Shown piece by piece: positions 31,619 to 41,302 of a stretch of 64,000 nt of DNA. How positions within the stretch are numbered: the stretch's first letter is position 1; each line of letters opens with the position of its first letter. This stretch comes from a virus. Under the pieces are notes generated by a model. That model was not told the DNA's origin. It saw nothing but the letters and a program-made list of their open reading frames with translations, and searched no databases. The stretch lies in the IMG/VR virus record IMGVR_UViG_3300048503_000180, positions 15,123-79,122 of that record; one strand, given 5' to 3'. The translations under genes and the position numbers were made by a program.

Positions 31619-31795
31619 CGATCAACAATTGTGACAGAAAATCGGAAAGAATGGGTATCGTAGATGCTTGCTCCGGCCAAGCGTCCGCGCACGCAGAGGC
31701 CGCTGGCTGGCTGCCCCGCCCTTCGATTCTGCTACCAAACCCCATCAGATTCCCCAATACCGTTTTCAAAACACACGGCAGCCGTGAAGTCATGA

Positions 31796-31824
31796 TTGAC
31801 AGACCTCGCGAAGGCGATTACACT
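31796..31824 (+). promoter_or_regulatory. Sigma70-type promoter for higB, with a palindrome in the spacer
   Basis: TTGACA-N17-TACACT; spacer holds TCGC-gaag-GCGA; ATG only 9 nt after the -10, so the mRNA would be nearly leaderless. Confidence 0.75.
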
Positions 31825-31833
31825 GAGAAGTGG

Positions 31834-32130
31834 ATGGAGGTCCGCTTCCGAGATCCGTGTTACGACCAACTGGAGGTCGATCCGCACTACAGCGGCGGAT
31901 GGCCGCCCGCTGTCGTGAAGGCGTATCGGAACCGCCTCAACTACATCCGTCAGGCGCAGGACGAACGCGATCTCTATGCTTGGAAGTCGCTGCGGATGGA
32001 GAAGCTCCAAGGCAGTCGGCAGCACCAGCACTCTTTGCGCCTGAATGATCAGTGGAGGTTAGTAATCGAGTTCGAAGGGAACTACCCCCAAAAGACGATT
32101 GTGATTGTCAACATCGAGGACTACCACTAA
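31834..32130 (+). CDS. higB: HigB (RelE/ParE family) toxin
   Basis: MEVRF..LRMEKLQG.RQHQHSLRLNDQWRLVIEF..IEDYH; toxin-first order. Confidence 0.9.
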   Translation: MEVRFRDPCYDQLEVDPHYSGGWPPAVVKAYRNRLNYIRQAQDERDLYAWKSLRMEKLQGSRQHQHSLRLNDQWRLVIEFEGNYPQKTIVIVNIEDYH

Positions 32131-32131
32131 T

Positions 32132-33262
32132 ATGGCTCAGCGAATCAATCCGGAAGCATTCACCCCCGGCGAATACATCCGCGAAGAACTCGTCGAGCGC
32201 GGATGGACGCAAATGGACTTGGCGGAGATTTTAGGTCGGCCCCCGCAGGTTGTGAACGAAATCGTCGCCGGAAAGCGGTCCATCACGCCCGAGACTGCCA
32301 GAGGCTTGGGCGACGCCTTTGGTACGAGTGCGCAGCTATGGATGAACCTGGAGGCATCCTACCAGCTTTCAAGAGTGTCGGCCAAGGACGACACCGTGTC
32401 GAGGAGAGCGCTCCTGTACGGCAAGGCGCCCATCAAGGAAATGCAGCGGCGCGGCTGGATCGAGACGACCAGCAACGCGGAAATACTCGAAACGCAGGTC
32501 CTCGGCTTTTTTGAGATCTCAACCCTTGATCAGCCCATCCGGTTTGCTCACGCCGCGAGGAAGTCGACGGACGGCTCTCTCACGCAGGCGCAGCTAGCTT
32601 GGATGTTTCGAGCGAGGCAACTGGCCCGCGCGTTGAAGGTCGAGAGCAAGTTTTCTGCGGGTTCCCTCAACTCGGCTTTGACCCAGCTCGCGAAGCTCAA
32701 GCGCGACCCGGAGGAGGCCCGCCACATTCCCCGCGTACTGTCGGCAGCCGGCATTCGATTTCTTATCGTCGAGCCGCTGCCTCACACCAAGATTGACGGC
32801 GTTTGCTTTTGGCTTGACGCGGATTCGCCCGTCATAGCGTTGTCCGTGCGTTACGACCGTATCGATTGGTTTTGGCATACGCTGATGCACGAGATGGCCC
32901 ACGTGAAGAACAAGGACGGCATGGAGTCACCGACCTTGGACACCGAGCTGGTAGGGGTTGATGCTCAACCGTTTGAAGACAAGGTCGATTCCGAAAAGCA
33001 GGCCGATCTCTTCGCCGTCAACTTTCTTGTCAGCCAGGCGAAGCTTGATAGGTTCATCGCTCGGGTCCACCCCTTGTACTCGAAGCTAAAGATCAGCGCG
33101 TTTGCCAACAGCAACGAGGTGCACCCCGGAATTGTCGTGGGTCAGCTTCAGCACCGGAAAAAGATCGCTTACGCCCACAGCAGGGACCTGTTGGTAAAGG
33201 TAAGGAACATCATCGTCGCGTGCGCCCTGACGGATGGATGGGGGAGCACCGTGTCGGCATAG
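32132..33262 (+). CDS. higA: HigA antitoxin HTH fused to an IrrE/ImmA (M78) metallopeptidase
   Basis: TPGEYIREEL..WTQMDLAEILG..WMNLEASY; FWHTLMHEMAH (HExxH). Confidence 0.88.
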   Translation: MAQRINPEAFTPGEYIREELVERGWTQMDLAEILGRPPQVVNEIVAGKRSITPETARGLGDAFGTSAQLWMNLEASYQLSRVSAKDDTVSRRALLYGKAPIKEMQRRGWIETTSNAEILETQVLGFFEISTLDQPIRFAHAARKSTDGSLTQAQLAWMFRARQLARALKVESKFSAGSLNSALTQLAKLKRDPEEARHIPRVLSAAGIRFLIVEPLPHTKIDGVCFWLDADSPVIALSVRYDRIDWFWHTLMHEMAHVKNKDGMESPTLDTELVGVDAQPFEDKVDSEKQADLFAVNFLVSQAKLDRFIARVHPLYSKLKISAFANSNEVHPGIVVGQLQHRKKIAYAHSRDLLVKVRNIIVACALTDGWGSTVSA

Positions 33263-33288
33263 TCAGAAGTTGGAAAGGAGTACAGTCG

Positions 33289-33756
33289 ATGGCAACCTAT
33301 TCAGAGCAGTTGCAGCAAATCGCGAACAAGTACATGCGGGAGACAGGCATAACCACAGCCACAGCCCGCGAGATCGGGGCATGGGCCATAGAGAAGGGGC
33401 TGTGGGCACCCCAACCATCGGCATTGATCAGACAGTGCGCCGAAGAGTTGTCGCGTGCGATGCGCGAGGAATACGTAACCGACCCGCAGGGGCGACGGGT
33501 TCGTGCGAAGCATGTTGCGACCTTGGATCGCGCCGGCGAGCAAATGCCCCTGTGGGCAGACATCCGCACCGCCAGCCGGGAGCACATGGAAATCGCTTTC
33601 CAGCAGAGGCGCCAGCAGATCGTTGGGGACTGTCGGCAGCTCAAGGCCGACGTGGATAGCTACAACGAGAACTACAACTCCGGCGCGGCGATCCAGACGG
33701 TTTTCGACTTTACGGAAGATCTTGAGGAACTCGAGGCATTCAGCAGCGCTCGTTGA
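33289..33756 (+). CDS. Hypothetical protein, 155 aa
   Basis: AAGGAG RBS; co-oriented between higA and the Argonaute gene. Confidence 0.75.
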   Translation: MATYSEQLQQIANKYMRETGITTATAREIGAWAIEKGLWAPQPSALIRQCAEELSRAMREEYVTDPQGRRVRAKHVATLDRAGEQMPLWADIRTASREHMEIAFQQRRQQIVGDCRQLKADVDSYNENYNSGAAIQTVFDFTEDLEELEAFSSAR

Positions 33757-33822
33757 CTTGTGGATGGTTGTGCTTCCCGCCTAGTTGAGCTTGGCCGGGG
33801 CCACATCCGAGGAACTTTTACC

Positions 33823-36126
33823 GTGAGCTTGATACTGAATTTTTCGCCGATCCAATTTGATGACCACGAGATCAGCGCTGGACGGTTGCCCTACGGAAAC
33901 GACGGGGAGCAGGTTTTAGAGCAGCTTCGAATCGACCACTACACCACCCATGTATTTCGGCGCGACGGACCGGACGGCATTCTCGCTGTCCCCGTCGTCT
34001 CCGATGCTCCGCTCCTCGGAAAGTCTGAGGCTCTGCGGATCAAAGAACATCTCCCTTTGGCCGCCGCCCTGATTCGCAACTCACTGCTCACCTACCTCAC
34101 CGGACTCGGCCGAACGGTATTGAGCTATGAGCCAATGAAGTTCATCGCTCGTGACGATCTTCTGAGATCGAGTGTTCCACCGGGCGCTCACCAGCCAGAC
34201 TGGCTGGCAGTTCGCCTGCTATATGAGCTTGCGATCCGTCCGGTCTACTTCTACAAGCAGAAGCCCGTCATCGCTGCAATTATGGACGTGCGCACGACGC
34301 GACTGGTCGAGCGGAAAGCATCTGAGTTGATCGCGGACGGCTTTCCTCTGGAGGGGCACTACGTTGGCAGACGAGTATCGGGCGACGATCCTCGAATTTC
34401 ACCACACACGAAGCTGTTGGGCCGAGTCACGTCGGTGGACGGATCGTTGCTGAAGTTGACCGATTCACCCGATCTGGTCGAATCGGTCCAGGCCAGTGAG
34501 GTCTGGCTGGAAAAGCGCGCATTCGATGATTGCATTGCGCACGAGTTCGGAAACTGCGCGGCAAAGGTACGTGAAGGTCTGGAACGCCAGCGGGCGGCGC
34601 TGAGGCAGGGCAAAGCGCGTCTCGAAAAGATCCGGACCATTGTTGAGTTCTTGAGAGGGAAGCAGCACGAAATGGCTCCGGGCGTATCTTTCGCTTTCGG
34701 GCCGCTTCTTGCGAGTTCTGACCGCGCGTTTCCCCGCATCGAAGATGCGCCCAAGCCCGTGTACGTCTTCGACCAGACTGGCTCCAAAACGAACACATGG
34801 CATGACAAGGGCCTGACGGAATACGGGCCGTATAGCGCTCAGGTGTTTACGCCGAACCAGCCCCGAATCGGTATCGTGTGCCAGCAATCCATGAAGGGCC
34901 AGGTCGAGCAGTTTGTGCGCAAGTTCGTGAACGGCGTCGTCTTGCCCGCGCCGAAAGGAGATCCTCGGCGGAAGAAGACCAATTACTTCGAGAAGGGGCT
35001 GGTCCGCAAATTTGCGCTGAAGAATGTCCAGTACGACTTCTTCCTCGCCGCGAACGGCTCTGTTGAAGCCTACAAGAAGGCTTGCCAGCAGGCTGTTGAG
35101 GCCCACGGCAATGGACAGAAACTCGATCTTGCGCTGGTTCAGATAGAGGAGCCATTTCACGACCTCGCTCCGCGAGCCAACCCGTACTTCGCGTGCAAGG
35201 TCTCGTTTCATACCCATCAGATTCCTGTTCAGGAGTTCGAGATCGAGACCACGCGACGGCCCGACAGCCAATTGATCTACGTCCTGAACAACATGGCTCT
35301 CGCCACCTACGCCAAGCTCAACGGCATTCCGTGGCTTCTGAAGGCAAATCCGACCATCGCTCACGAGTTGGTCATCGGGCTGGGGAGCGCGGACATTGGA
35401 GAGAGTCGCCTCGGCGAACGCGAGCGGTTCGTGGGCATCACCACTGTTTTTAGCGGCGACGGCAATTACTACCTTTCCAATTTGTCTAAAGCGGTCTCGA
35501 TGGATGACTACCGCACGGCTCTTCTCGAATCGCTGCGGGCCACGATTCTGAAGGTCCGTAGCGAGATGAACTGGCAGTGCAGGGATTCCGTTCGGCTGGT
35601 CTTCCATGCCACGTTCAAGAAGTTCAGCGGGGACGAAGTGCAGTCGATCAAGGATCTCGTATCTGGACTCGGCGACTACGACGTCGAGTACGCTTTCCTT
35701 CAGATGAACGAGGAGCACCCGTACATGCTGTTCGACAAGAGTCAGAACGGCGTCCCTGACTTCGAGTCAAACGGGACCAAGGGGAGCTACGCACCAGCCC
35801 GCGGGCGATATCTCGAACTCGGTAATCGCGAAGTGCTGCTCTCGCTGACCGGCCCCAGGGAAGTCAAACGTCCAGAGGACGGCACGCCACGTCCGTTACT
35901 TCTTAGCCTCCATCGCGATTCTACCTTCACGGACATGACCTACCTGACCCGACAGGTCTTTGCCTTCGCCAGCCATTCGTGGCGCACATTCCTCCCGTCG
36001 TCAGTCCCGGTGACAATCCAGTATTCGAATCTGATCGCAGGAGCGCTTGGTCACCTCGCCCTGATGGAACGTTGGAATCCCGAAGTCATGCTCGGCCGAA
36101 TTGGCAAGACCAGGTGGTTCTTGTGA
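33823..36126 (+). CDS. ago: Long-B prokaryotic Argonaute (RsAgo-like), catalytically inactive PIWI, about 767 aa
   Basis: MID residues NPYFACK..PVQ and NNMALATYAKLNGIPW; PIWI HELVIGLG..RFVGITTVFSGDG.Y, VRLVFHA, LLLSLHRDSTF, SWR..PVTIQYS, ends TRWFL as in RsAgo; DEDX aspartates absent. Confidence 0.93.
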   Translation: MSLILNFSPIQFDDHEISAGRLPYGNDGEQVLEQLRIDHYTTHVFRRDGPDGILAVPVVSDAPLLGKSEALRIKEHLPLAAALIRNSLLTYLTGLGRTVLSYEPMKFIARDDLLRSSVPPGAHQPDWLAVRLLYELAIRPVYFYKQKPVIAAIMDVRTTRLVERKASELIADGFPLEGHYVGRRVSGDDPRISPHTKLLGRVTSVDGSLLKLTDSPDLVESVQASEVWLEKRAFDDCIAHEFGNCAAKVREGLERQRAALRQGKARLEKIRTIVEFLRGKQHEMAPGVSFAFGPLLASSDRAFPRIEDAPKPVYVFDQTGSKTNTWHDKGLTEYGPYSAQVFTPNQPRIGIVCQQSMKGQVEQFVRKFVNGVVLPAPKGDPRRKKTNYFEKGLVRKFALKNVQYDFFLAANGSVEAYKKACQQAVEAHGNGQKLDLALVQIEEPFHDLAPRANPYFACKVSFHTHQIPVQEFEIETTRRPDSQLIYVLNNMALATYAKLNGIPWLLKANPTIAHELVIGLGSADIGESRLGERERFVGITTVFSGDGNYYLSNLSKAVSMDDYRTALLESLRATILKVRSEMNWQCRDSVRLVFHATFKKFSGDEVQSIKDLVSGLGDYDVEYAFLQMNEEHPYMLFDKSQNGVPDFESNGTKGSYAPARGRYLELGNREVLLSLTGPREVKRPEDGTPRPLLLSLHRDSTFTDMTYLTRQVFAFASHSWRTFLPSSVPVTIQYSNLIAGALGHLALMERWNPEVMLGRIGKTRWFL

Positions 36127-37145
36127 CGGCGACTTCGGAGTTCCTGGTGGCCGACGCCCGTGCTGCGCTCAGAAGGCGGCTGGCCGATCCGGATCGGACG
36201 GAATTGAGCCGTGCATTCGCCGCCTGGCTCCTGCGCGAGCCGCAACTCAAAGCAGAATTTGCGTCACTCGTGGCGGCTGCCGCCGATAGAAAGGGCGCAC
36301 AACAGGATTTCCAGACAGTAGCGACTCTTGGATACGGGGCGGAAGCTGGCGTGCTTGATGGCCCGCAAGTCGACGCGCTCAGACAGGGGCTTCGTCGTCA
36401 GGCCGGGCGAGAACCGTTCGTTGACGGAGTGCCAATGGCATTTTGCCAGGACGCGGTCGGAATCCTCGGCGTCGCGCTGGGCGTGAAAGCTGCCGCAGAC
36501 GGACAGATCACTTCCGAGGTTGTACGTTGGACCACGCGCTTCCTGAAGGCAAGCTACGACATGGAGCGTGCCGAAGATTGGCACCGTTGCCTGTTCGCGG
36601 CTGCGGATCAGCAGTTGGGCAGCCCTCAGAATCTCTCGGTCCCACCGTCGGCGCCCGTGGCCGACTTGCGCACCGCGCTCGTGGCCAGAGGCGTCCTGAA
36701 CGATGAAGCGCTGGCTGCGGAGGACTCAGACCAGACGCTGCGATTGGCTCTGACGGAACCGCAGGCCGACCTGCCGATTGACCGGGCCGTGCTGCGCCTC
36801 GCTGCAATGGAATTCGTCATACGTAACGCGGCACCCATTACGGGAGGCAAGTCCAGCGTCCGGTCGGCGGGGATTGGCGGTTCACTGTCCAAGAGGGATG
36901 CCAGTGTTCACGAAGTCGTCGGCAAAGATCTCTTCAACAGCCATACGAATGCGGAGATCATGAAGGACGTAAACGTGAAGAAGCGCCTTCGGGCCGAATG
37001 CCAGCTTACGTCGAACGACGCGATCAAGCGCTGTCTTGACCGCATCCGAGAGACGAAAGGATATCCGCTCTCGCGCGAGGTCACAAAAAAACGGGCAGCT
37101 CGGAATCAGACAACGGTCAAGAACGGTCCACGGCGTTCATCGTAG
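36123..37145 (+). CDS. Argonaute-coupled protein of unknown function (340 aa): helical N-domain plus a basic C-terminal domain
   Basis: GTGA start/stop overlap with ago; no recognisable nuclease, SIR2 or TIR motif. Confidence 0.8.
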   Translation: MTATSEFLVADARAALRRRLADPDRTELSRAFAAWLLREPQLKAEFASLVAAAADRKGAQQDFQTVATLGYGAEAGVLDGPQVDALRQGLRRQAGREPFVDGVPMAFCQDAVGILGVALGVKAAADGQITSEVVRWTTRFLKASYDMERAEDWHRCLFAAADQQLGSPQNLSVPPSAPVADLRTALVARGVLNDEALAAEDSDQTLRLALTEPQADLPIDRAVLRLAAMEFVIRNAAPITGGKSSVRSAGIGGSLSKRDASVHEVVGKDLFNSHTNAEIMKDVNVKKRLRAECQLTSNDAIKRCLDRIRETKGYPLSREVTKKRAARNQTTVKNGPRRSS

Positions 37146-37302
37146 GTCATTGTTTTCAATCGCTTACTCGGCCCGAAACGGTCAACTTTGCCTTGCCCGA
37201 TCTGGCCGTCAACAACTAAAAACCCTTTTCAGTCAACAACATTATTCACGGGCAATGTTCTGACCGTCGCAGCCGCCCTGAAGATGGAACCGGACAAAGA
37301 AT

Positions 37303-37527
37303 ATGCCGGTTTCAAAACTACTATCGGTGGCGCAGGTCGGCGCGAAACTCCAGTGCGCACGGTCAACAGTTCGAAAGCTGATCGCGGACGGCGAACTCCG
37401 TGCTTCGCGCATCAGCAGCAGAACGATAAGGATCGCGGCTGCTGACCTTCAGGCTTACCTGGATCGCCGTGCCAATACCTCGGTGCCCACCGGGGCTTCC
37501 GCAAGTACCAACGGGGGCACACGATGA
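37303..37527 (+). CDS. xis: Excisionase-family HTH protein
   Basis: LLSVAQVGAKLQCARSTVRKLIADGEL.A.RI..RTIRI; first gene of the replication/integration module. Confidence 0.8.
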   Translation: MPVSKLLSVAQVGAKLQCARSTVRKLIADGELRASRISSRTIRIAAADLQAYLDRRANTSVPTGASASTNGGTR

Positions 37528-37838
37528 CCAGCGAGCACCTCACGGCAATCCTGGCCGAACGTGTCATGGGCTGGACCATCGGTCCCGATCGCTTCATGAT
37601 GGGCAATCGCGGTTGGATGCCGCGTTGGCGATTCCAGCCCGTGGAAAAGCTCGAAGATGCCTTTCGGCTTCTGGAAGGGGCTGCGCCACAGGAGTACAGC
37701 ATCGGAGGCGACGACAAAGGAAACGTCCACGTCCAAGTTCGAATCGCAGGCACTCCGGGCGAAGCGCGCGGAACGTCCAGGCCACTGGTCATCACCTACG
37801 CGATTGCGCGCGCCGTCGGCATTGATGTTGAGGACTGA
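37524..37838 (+). CDS. Phage ABA-sandwich-like small protein
   Basis: LAERVMGW..FQP...LEDAFRLLE..PLVITYAIARA pattern; ATGA overlap. Confidence 0.55.
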   Translation: MTSEHLTAILAERVMGWTIGPDRFMMGNRGWMPRWRFQPVEKLEDAFRLLEGAAPQEYSIGGDDKGNVHVQVRIAGTPGEARGTSRPLVITYAIARAVGIDVED

Positions 37839-37859
37839 GCGCCATGGGAGTCAACGCCA

Positions 37860-39571
37860 ATGCCGTCTGATGCAAGTCTCTTTCTGGAAGCGTCGTTCGG
37901 CGGCAAGCCGGATGAGCTGTACCTTCTGCTCTGGACGCTTCCGGAGAAGCGATCACACTGGTTCCAAAACGTCGAAAGCGCGATTCAGTTTGCCGAATCG
38001 CTGCGCGAGCGGGATCTCTACGTCGGCGTAGGACTCTCCAGCCAGGATCATGGCTCTGCGCGTCGCTGCCCTTCAAACGAGGTGGCCGGCATCGTGGGCT
38101 TGTGGGCCGACCTCGACCTGAAGTCAGACGCGCACCCAAAGGCGGCGCTACCAGCGACTGTCGAGGATGCGATGACGATCCTGCCGGATGAGTTTCCGCC
38201 CACATTCCTCGTCAAAACCGGAAACGGCGCGCATGCGTGGTGGCTCTTTCGAGAACCGCTGATCTTCGAGTCAGACGAGGACCGCCGCAATGCCGGCGCG
38301 CTTGCGCTCCGCTGGCAGTCGCTGCTCCGTCTGAATGCCGCTGCCCACGGCTGGGCGTTTGATCGTCTCGCCGACCTCGCCCGAGTTCTGCGCGTGCCGG
38401 GAACGAAGAACTGCAAGGACCCGGCGAATCCAAAGCCGGTCGCAATCCAGAGCCAGACCGACCGCCGCTACAATCCGAGCGACTTGGCGGAATTCCTCGA
38501 GGCCCACGGCGTGCCCAACCCGAAGAGCAGGAGCGCGTCACGCAGGGATGGAAGGAGAAGGTCGCCGACAAGCCACTGTCCGTTAACCCGAATGCGACCG
38601 TGCCCGAGGATCTTCTCAATCGACACTTGGCCGCCGACCCGCGCTTCAAGAAGACTTGGCTGCGCCAGCGCGAGGACCTCAAAGACCAGTCCCAGTCCGG
38701 TTACGACCTGGCCCTCGCCAATTTTGGATCGAAAGCCGGTCTGTCCGAACAGCAGGTCATAGACCTGATGATCCACCACCGGAGAATCCATGGCAAGCCG
38801 CAACGAACGCGACTCGACTACTTCCAGCGGACCATTTCAAAAGCATCCAAGCGAAACGAAAACCCCGCCACCGCCAAATCCTTTGAGGTTCCCGCTGAGG
38901 AGCCTGGCCACCCATTGCCACAAACGAAGCCAGACTCTCCAACCGCGCGGGCACTCATGTGTGAGCAGATCTCAAACGCTATCGGCGTTCGCGTGCTCAG
39001 AATCGTCAAGATCGACGGTCAGGAACCGACCTACCGGCTGGAACTGGAAGCCACCAAAATCGGGTTCCCCAGCGTTGACAAACTCGTCGGGCAGCAGAGT
39101 TTCCGGATGAAGATCGCGAGTGCGGTCGATCATCTGGTCCCAAGAATTCCGCCGAAGGTCTGGGATCGCGTGGCTCAGATGATCCTGAGTGCCTTGACAG
39201 TCGAGGATGGCGGCGACGAAGCAAATCTCGTGGGCGCCGCGAAGCTGTACGTAGAACGCTATCTCGCCGAAACGCCGTTCATTGACGCGGAAGGAGATCA
39301 TCCCTATCAGACCCGCTCCAAGCCGACAGTCTACGAGGGACAGGTCGCGATTTGTTCGCACGACCTGCAACAACACATCAACAAGGCGTGGGGTGAGAAT
39401 CGCGCGATCAAAGAGGTGACTGCGATGCTTTCGGCCCTCGGCGCATCGAGCACCAGGCTCAAGCGGACGCGGTTGCGGGACCAAAGCCGGTGGCTGCTGC
39501 CCTCAAGTGAGTTCGCTCCCGGCGCCCACGTCGGAGCCAGCGAGGAGACGTGCGATGCCAGACCATCCTGA
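37860..39571 (+). pseudogene. RepB-type (AEP) DNA primase with one frameshift at about 38520
   Basis: LWADLD, VKTGNGAHAWW, DLARVLRVPGT; C-terminal DQSQSGYDLALA; the frames join as ..VPN|EEQERVTQGW.. Confidence 0.75.
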
Positions 39572-41222
39572 CATTGAAGAAGCTCTCGGTGCAATTGGCG
39601 AGCGGGACCACTCCATTACGGCCGAGTACCGCATCTTCGGACCGCCCGGCACCGGGAAGACCACCAACTTAACCCGGCAGATCCGCCGCGCCGTCAAGCG
39701 GTTCGGTAAGGACTCCGTGCTGGTGACGAGCTTCTCGCGCGCGGCAGCCGCCGAACTCGCTGGGCAAGATCTCCCAGTCAGTCCCGACCGCGTTGGAACA
39801 CTGCACTCGCACTGCTGGCACGCACTGGGCCGTCCCGAAATCGCTGAAGTTCACGTGGAGGAATGGAACCGGGAGAACCCCCATCTGCGGATCACTCCCG
39901 CAAAGAAGGACCGAAAGCTGGATGGGGAGGAATCCGACGAGGATCTCGTCGATGTCGTGCGAGGCGGCGACTACTGGCTGGGTGAGTTGAATCGGTCTCG
40001 GGGAATGATGCGGTCCATGGAACTTTGGCCGGCAGCGCTTCGAGAATTCGCCGCCAAGTGGGGCCGCTACAAGGCTTCGCGGCGGGTAATGGACTTCTGT
40101 GACCTGATCGAGACCGCAGTGCGGGAGATCCGCATCGCGCCGAAGAGGCCGGACGTTGTCTTCGCCGACGAAGCGCAGGACCTCAACCCGATGCAGTTGG
40201 GCTTGGTGCGCAGGTGGGGTGAGAACGCGCAGTACTTCATCATCGCGGCCGACGACGACCAGACCATCTACTCCTGGTGCGGCGCGACGCCGGATGCGGT
40301 GTTGGACCCCGAAATCCCCGAGGACCACAAAATCATCCTCAAGGAGAGTCACCGCGTGCCGCGCCACGTTCACGCCCGCGCGAACCGGTTGATCCATCAA
40401 GTCACGCGCAGGCAGGAGAAGGTCTACGATCCGCGGCCCGAAGACGGGATGTGCGTGGACATCTCGCGCGGCGGCTACAAATCGCCCGAGTACTGGATTC
40501 TCAAGACGATCATGCAGCACCTCGAGAACGGACAGAAGGTGATGCTGCTGGCGTCGTGCTCCTATATGCTGCATCCGGTGATCGCGGTACTGCGGCAATG
40601 GGGAATCCCTTTTCACAACCCGTACAGGAAATCCGCCGGCTTCTGGAATCCACTGCGACGTGGACGAAAAGGGTCTTCGACGAATCGGATTCTGTCCCTT
40701 CTTGGCGATCACCCGTGGACGCACAGCGACCTCAAGCTGTGGGCCGAGTGGCTTAACCCAAAGGGCAATCTGCGGACGGGAGCCAGAGAGCTAATCGACG
40801 CATCCGACGATTCCCTCCCGGTGACCATGGAGCGGCTCAGCGAATTGTTTGAGGCGGCCGCGCTCGAATCTCTTCTGGCAGCGTCCGGCGACCCCAAGCG
40901 ATTGCTCCAGTGGTGGGCCCGGCGCGTCGCGCCGGCATTCCATGCGCGTGTGCAGTTTCCGGTCGCAACGGCAATGGCCGGCGGACCAGACGCGCTGGAG
41001 GAATCGCCTCGCGTAATCGTCGGAACCATCCACTCGGTAAAGGGCGGCGAGGCGGATGTCGTGTTTCTCTTTCCGGATGTTAGCCCAGCCGGTGACGCCG
41101 CTTACCAGAAGCACGGACCGCAAAGAGACTCGGTGATCCGGCTTTTCTACGTCGGCATGACGCGCGCCCGGCACACGCTGTACATCTGCCAGAGGGAATC
41201 TCCTCTGGCGGTCACGATTTGA
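39555..41222 (+). CDS. UvrD/Rep-like SF1 helicase
   Basis: GPPGTGKT, GTLHS, DEAQD, ADDDQTIY, GTIHSVKGGE, YVGMTRAR. Confidence 0.9.
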   Translation: MPDHPDIEEALGAIGERDHSITAEYRIFGPPGTGKTTNLTRQIRRAVKRFGKDSVLVTSFSRAAAAELAGQDLPVSPDRVGTLHSHCWHALGRPEIAEVHVEEWNRENPHLRITPAKKDRKLDGEESDEDLVDVVRGGDYWLGELNRSRGMMRSMELWPAALREFAAKWGRYKASRRVMDFCDLIETAVREIRIAPKRPDVVFADEAQDLNPMQLGLVRRWGENAQYFIIAADDDQTIYSWCGATPDAVLDPEIPEDHKIILKESHRVPRHVHARANRLIHQVTRRQEKVYDPRPEDGMCVDISRGGYKSPEYWILKTIMQHLENGQKVMLLASCSYMLHPVIAVLRQWGIPFHNPYRKSAGFWNPLRRGRKGSSTNRILSLLGDHPWTHSDLKLWAEWLNPKGNLRTGARELIDASDDSLPVTMERLSELFEAAALESLLAASGDPKRLLQWWARRVAPAFHARVQFPVATAMAGGPDALEESPRVIVGTIHSVKGGEADVVFLFPDVSPAGDAAYQKHGPQRDSVIRLFYVGMTRARHTLYICQRESPLAVTI

Positions 41223-41302
41223 CTCTAAGTAATTGACACGATGAGACTTGCTTGATGCTTCGAGACGACGGTAACCTTCAGGCGCTAACTGGAGGTTTGA
41301 AG

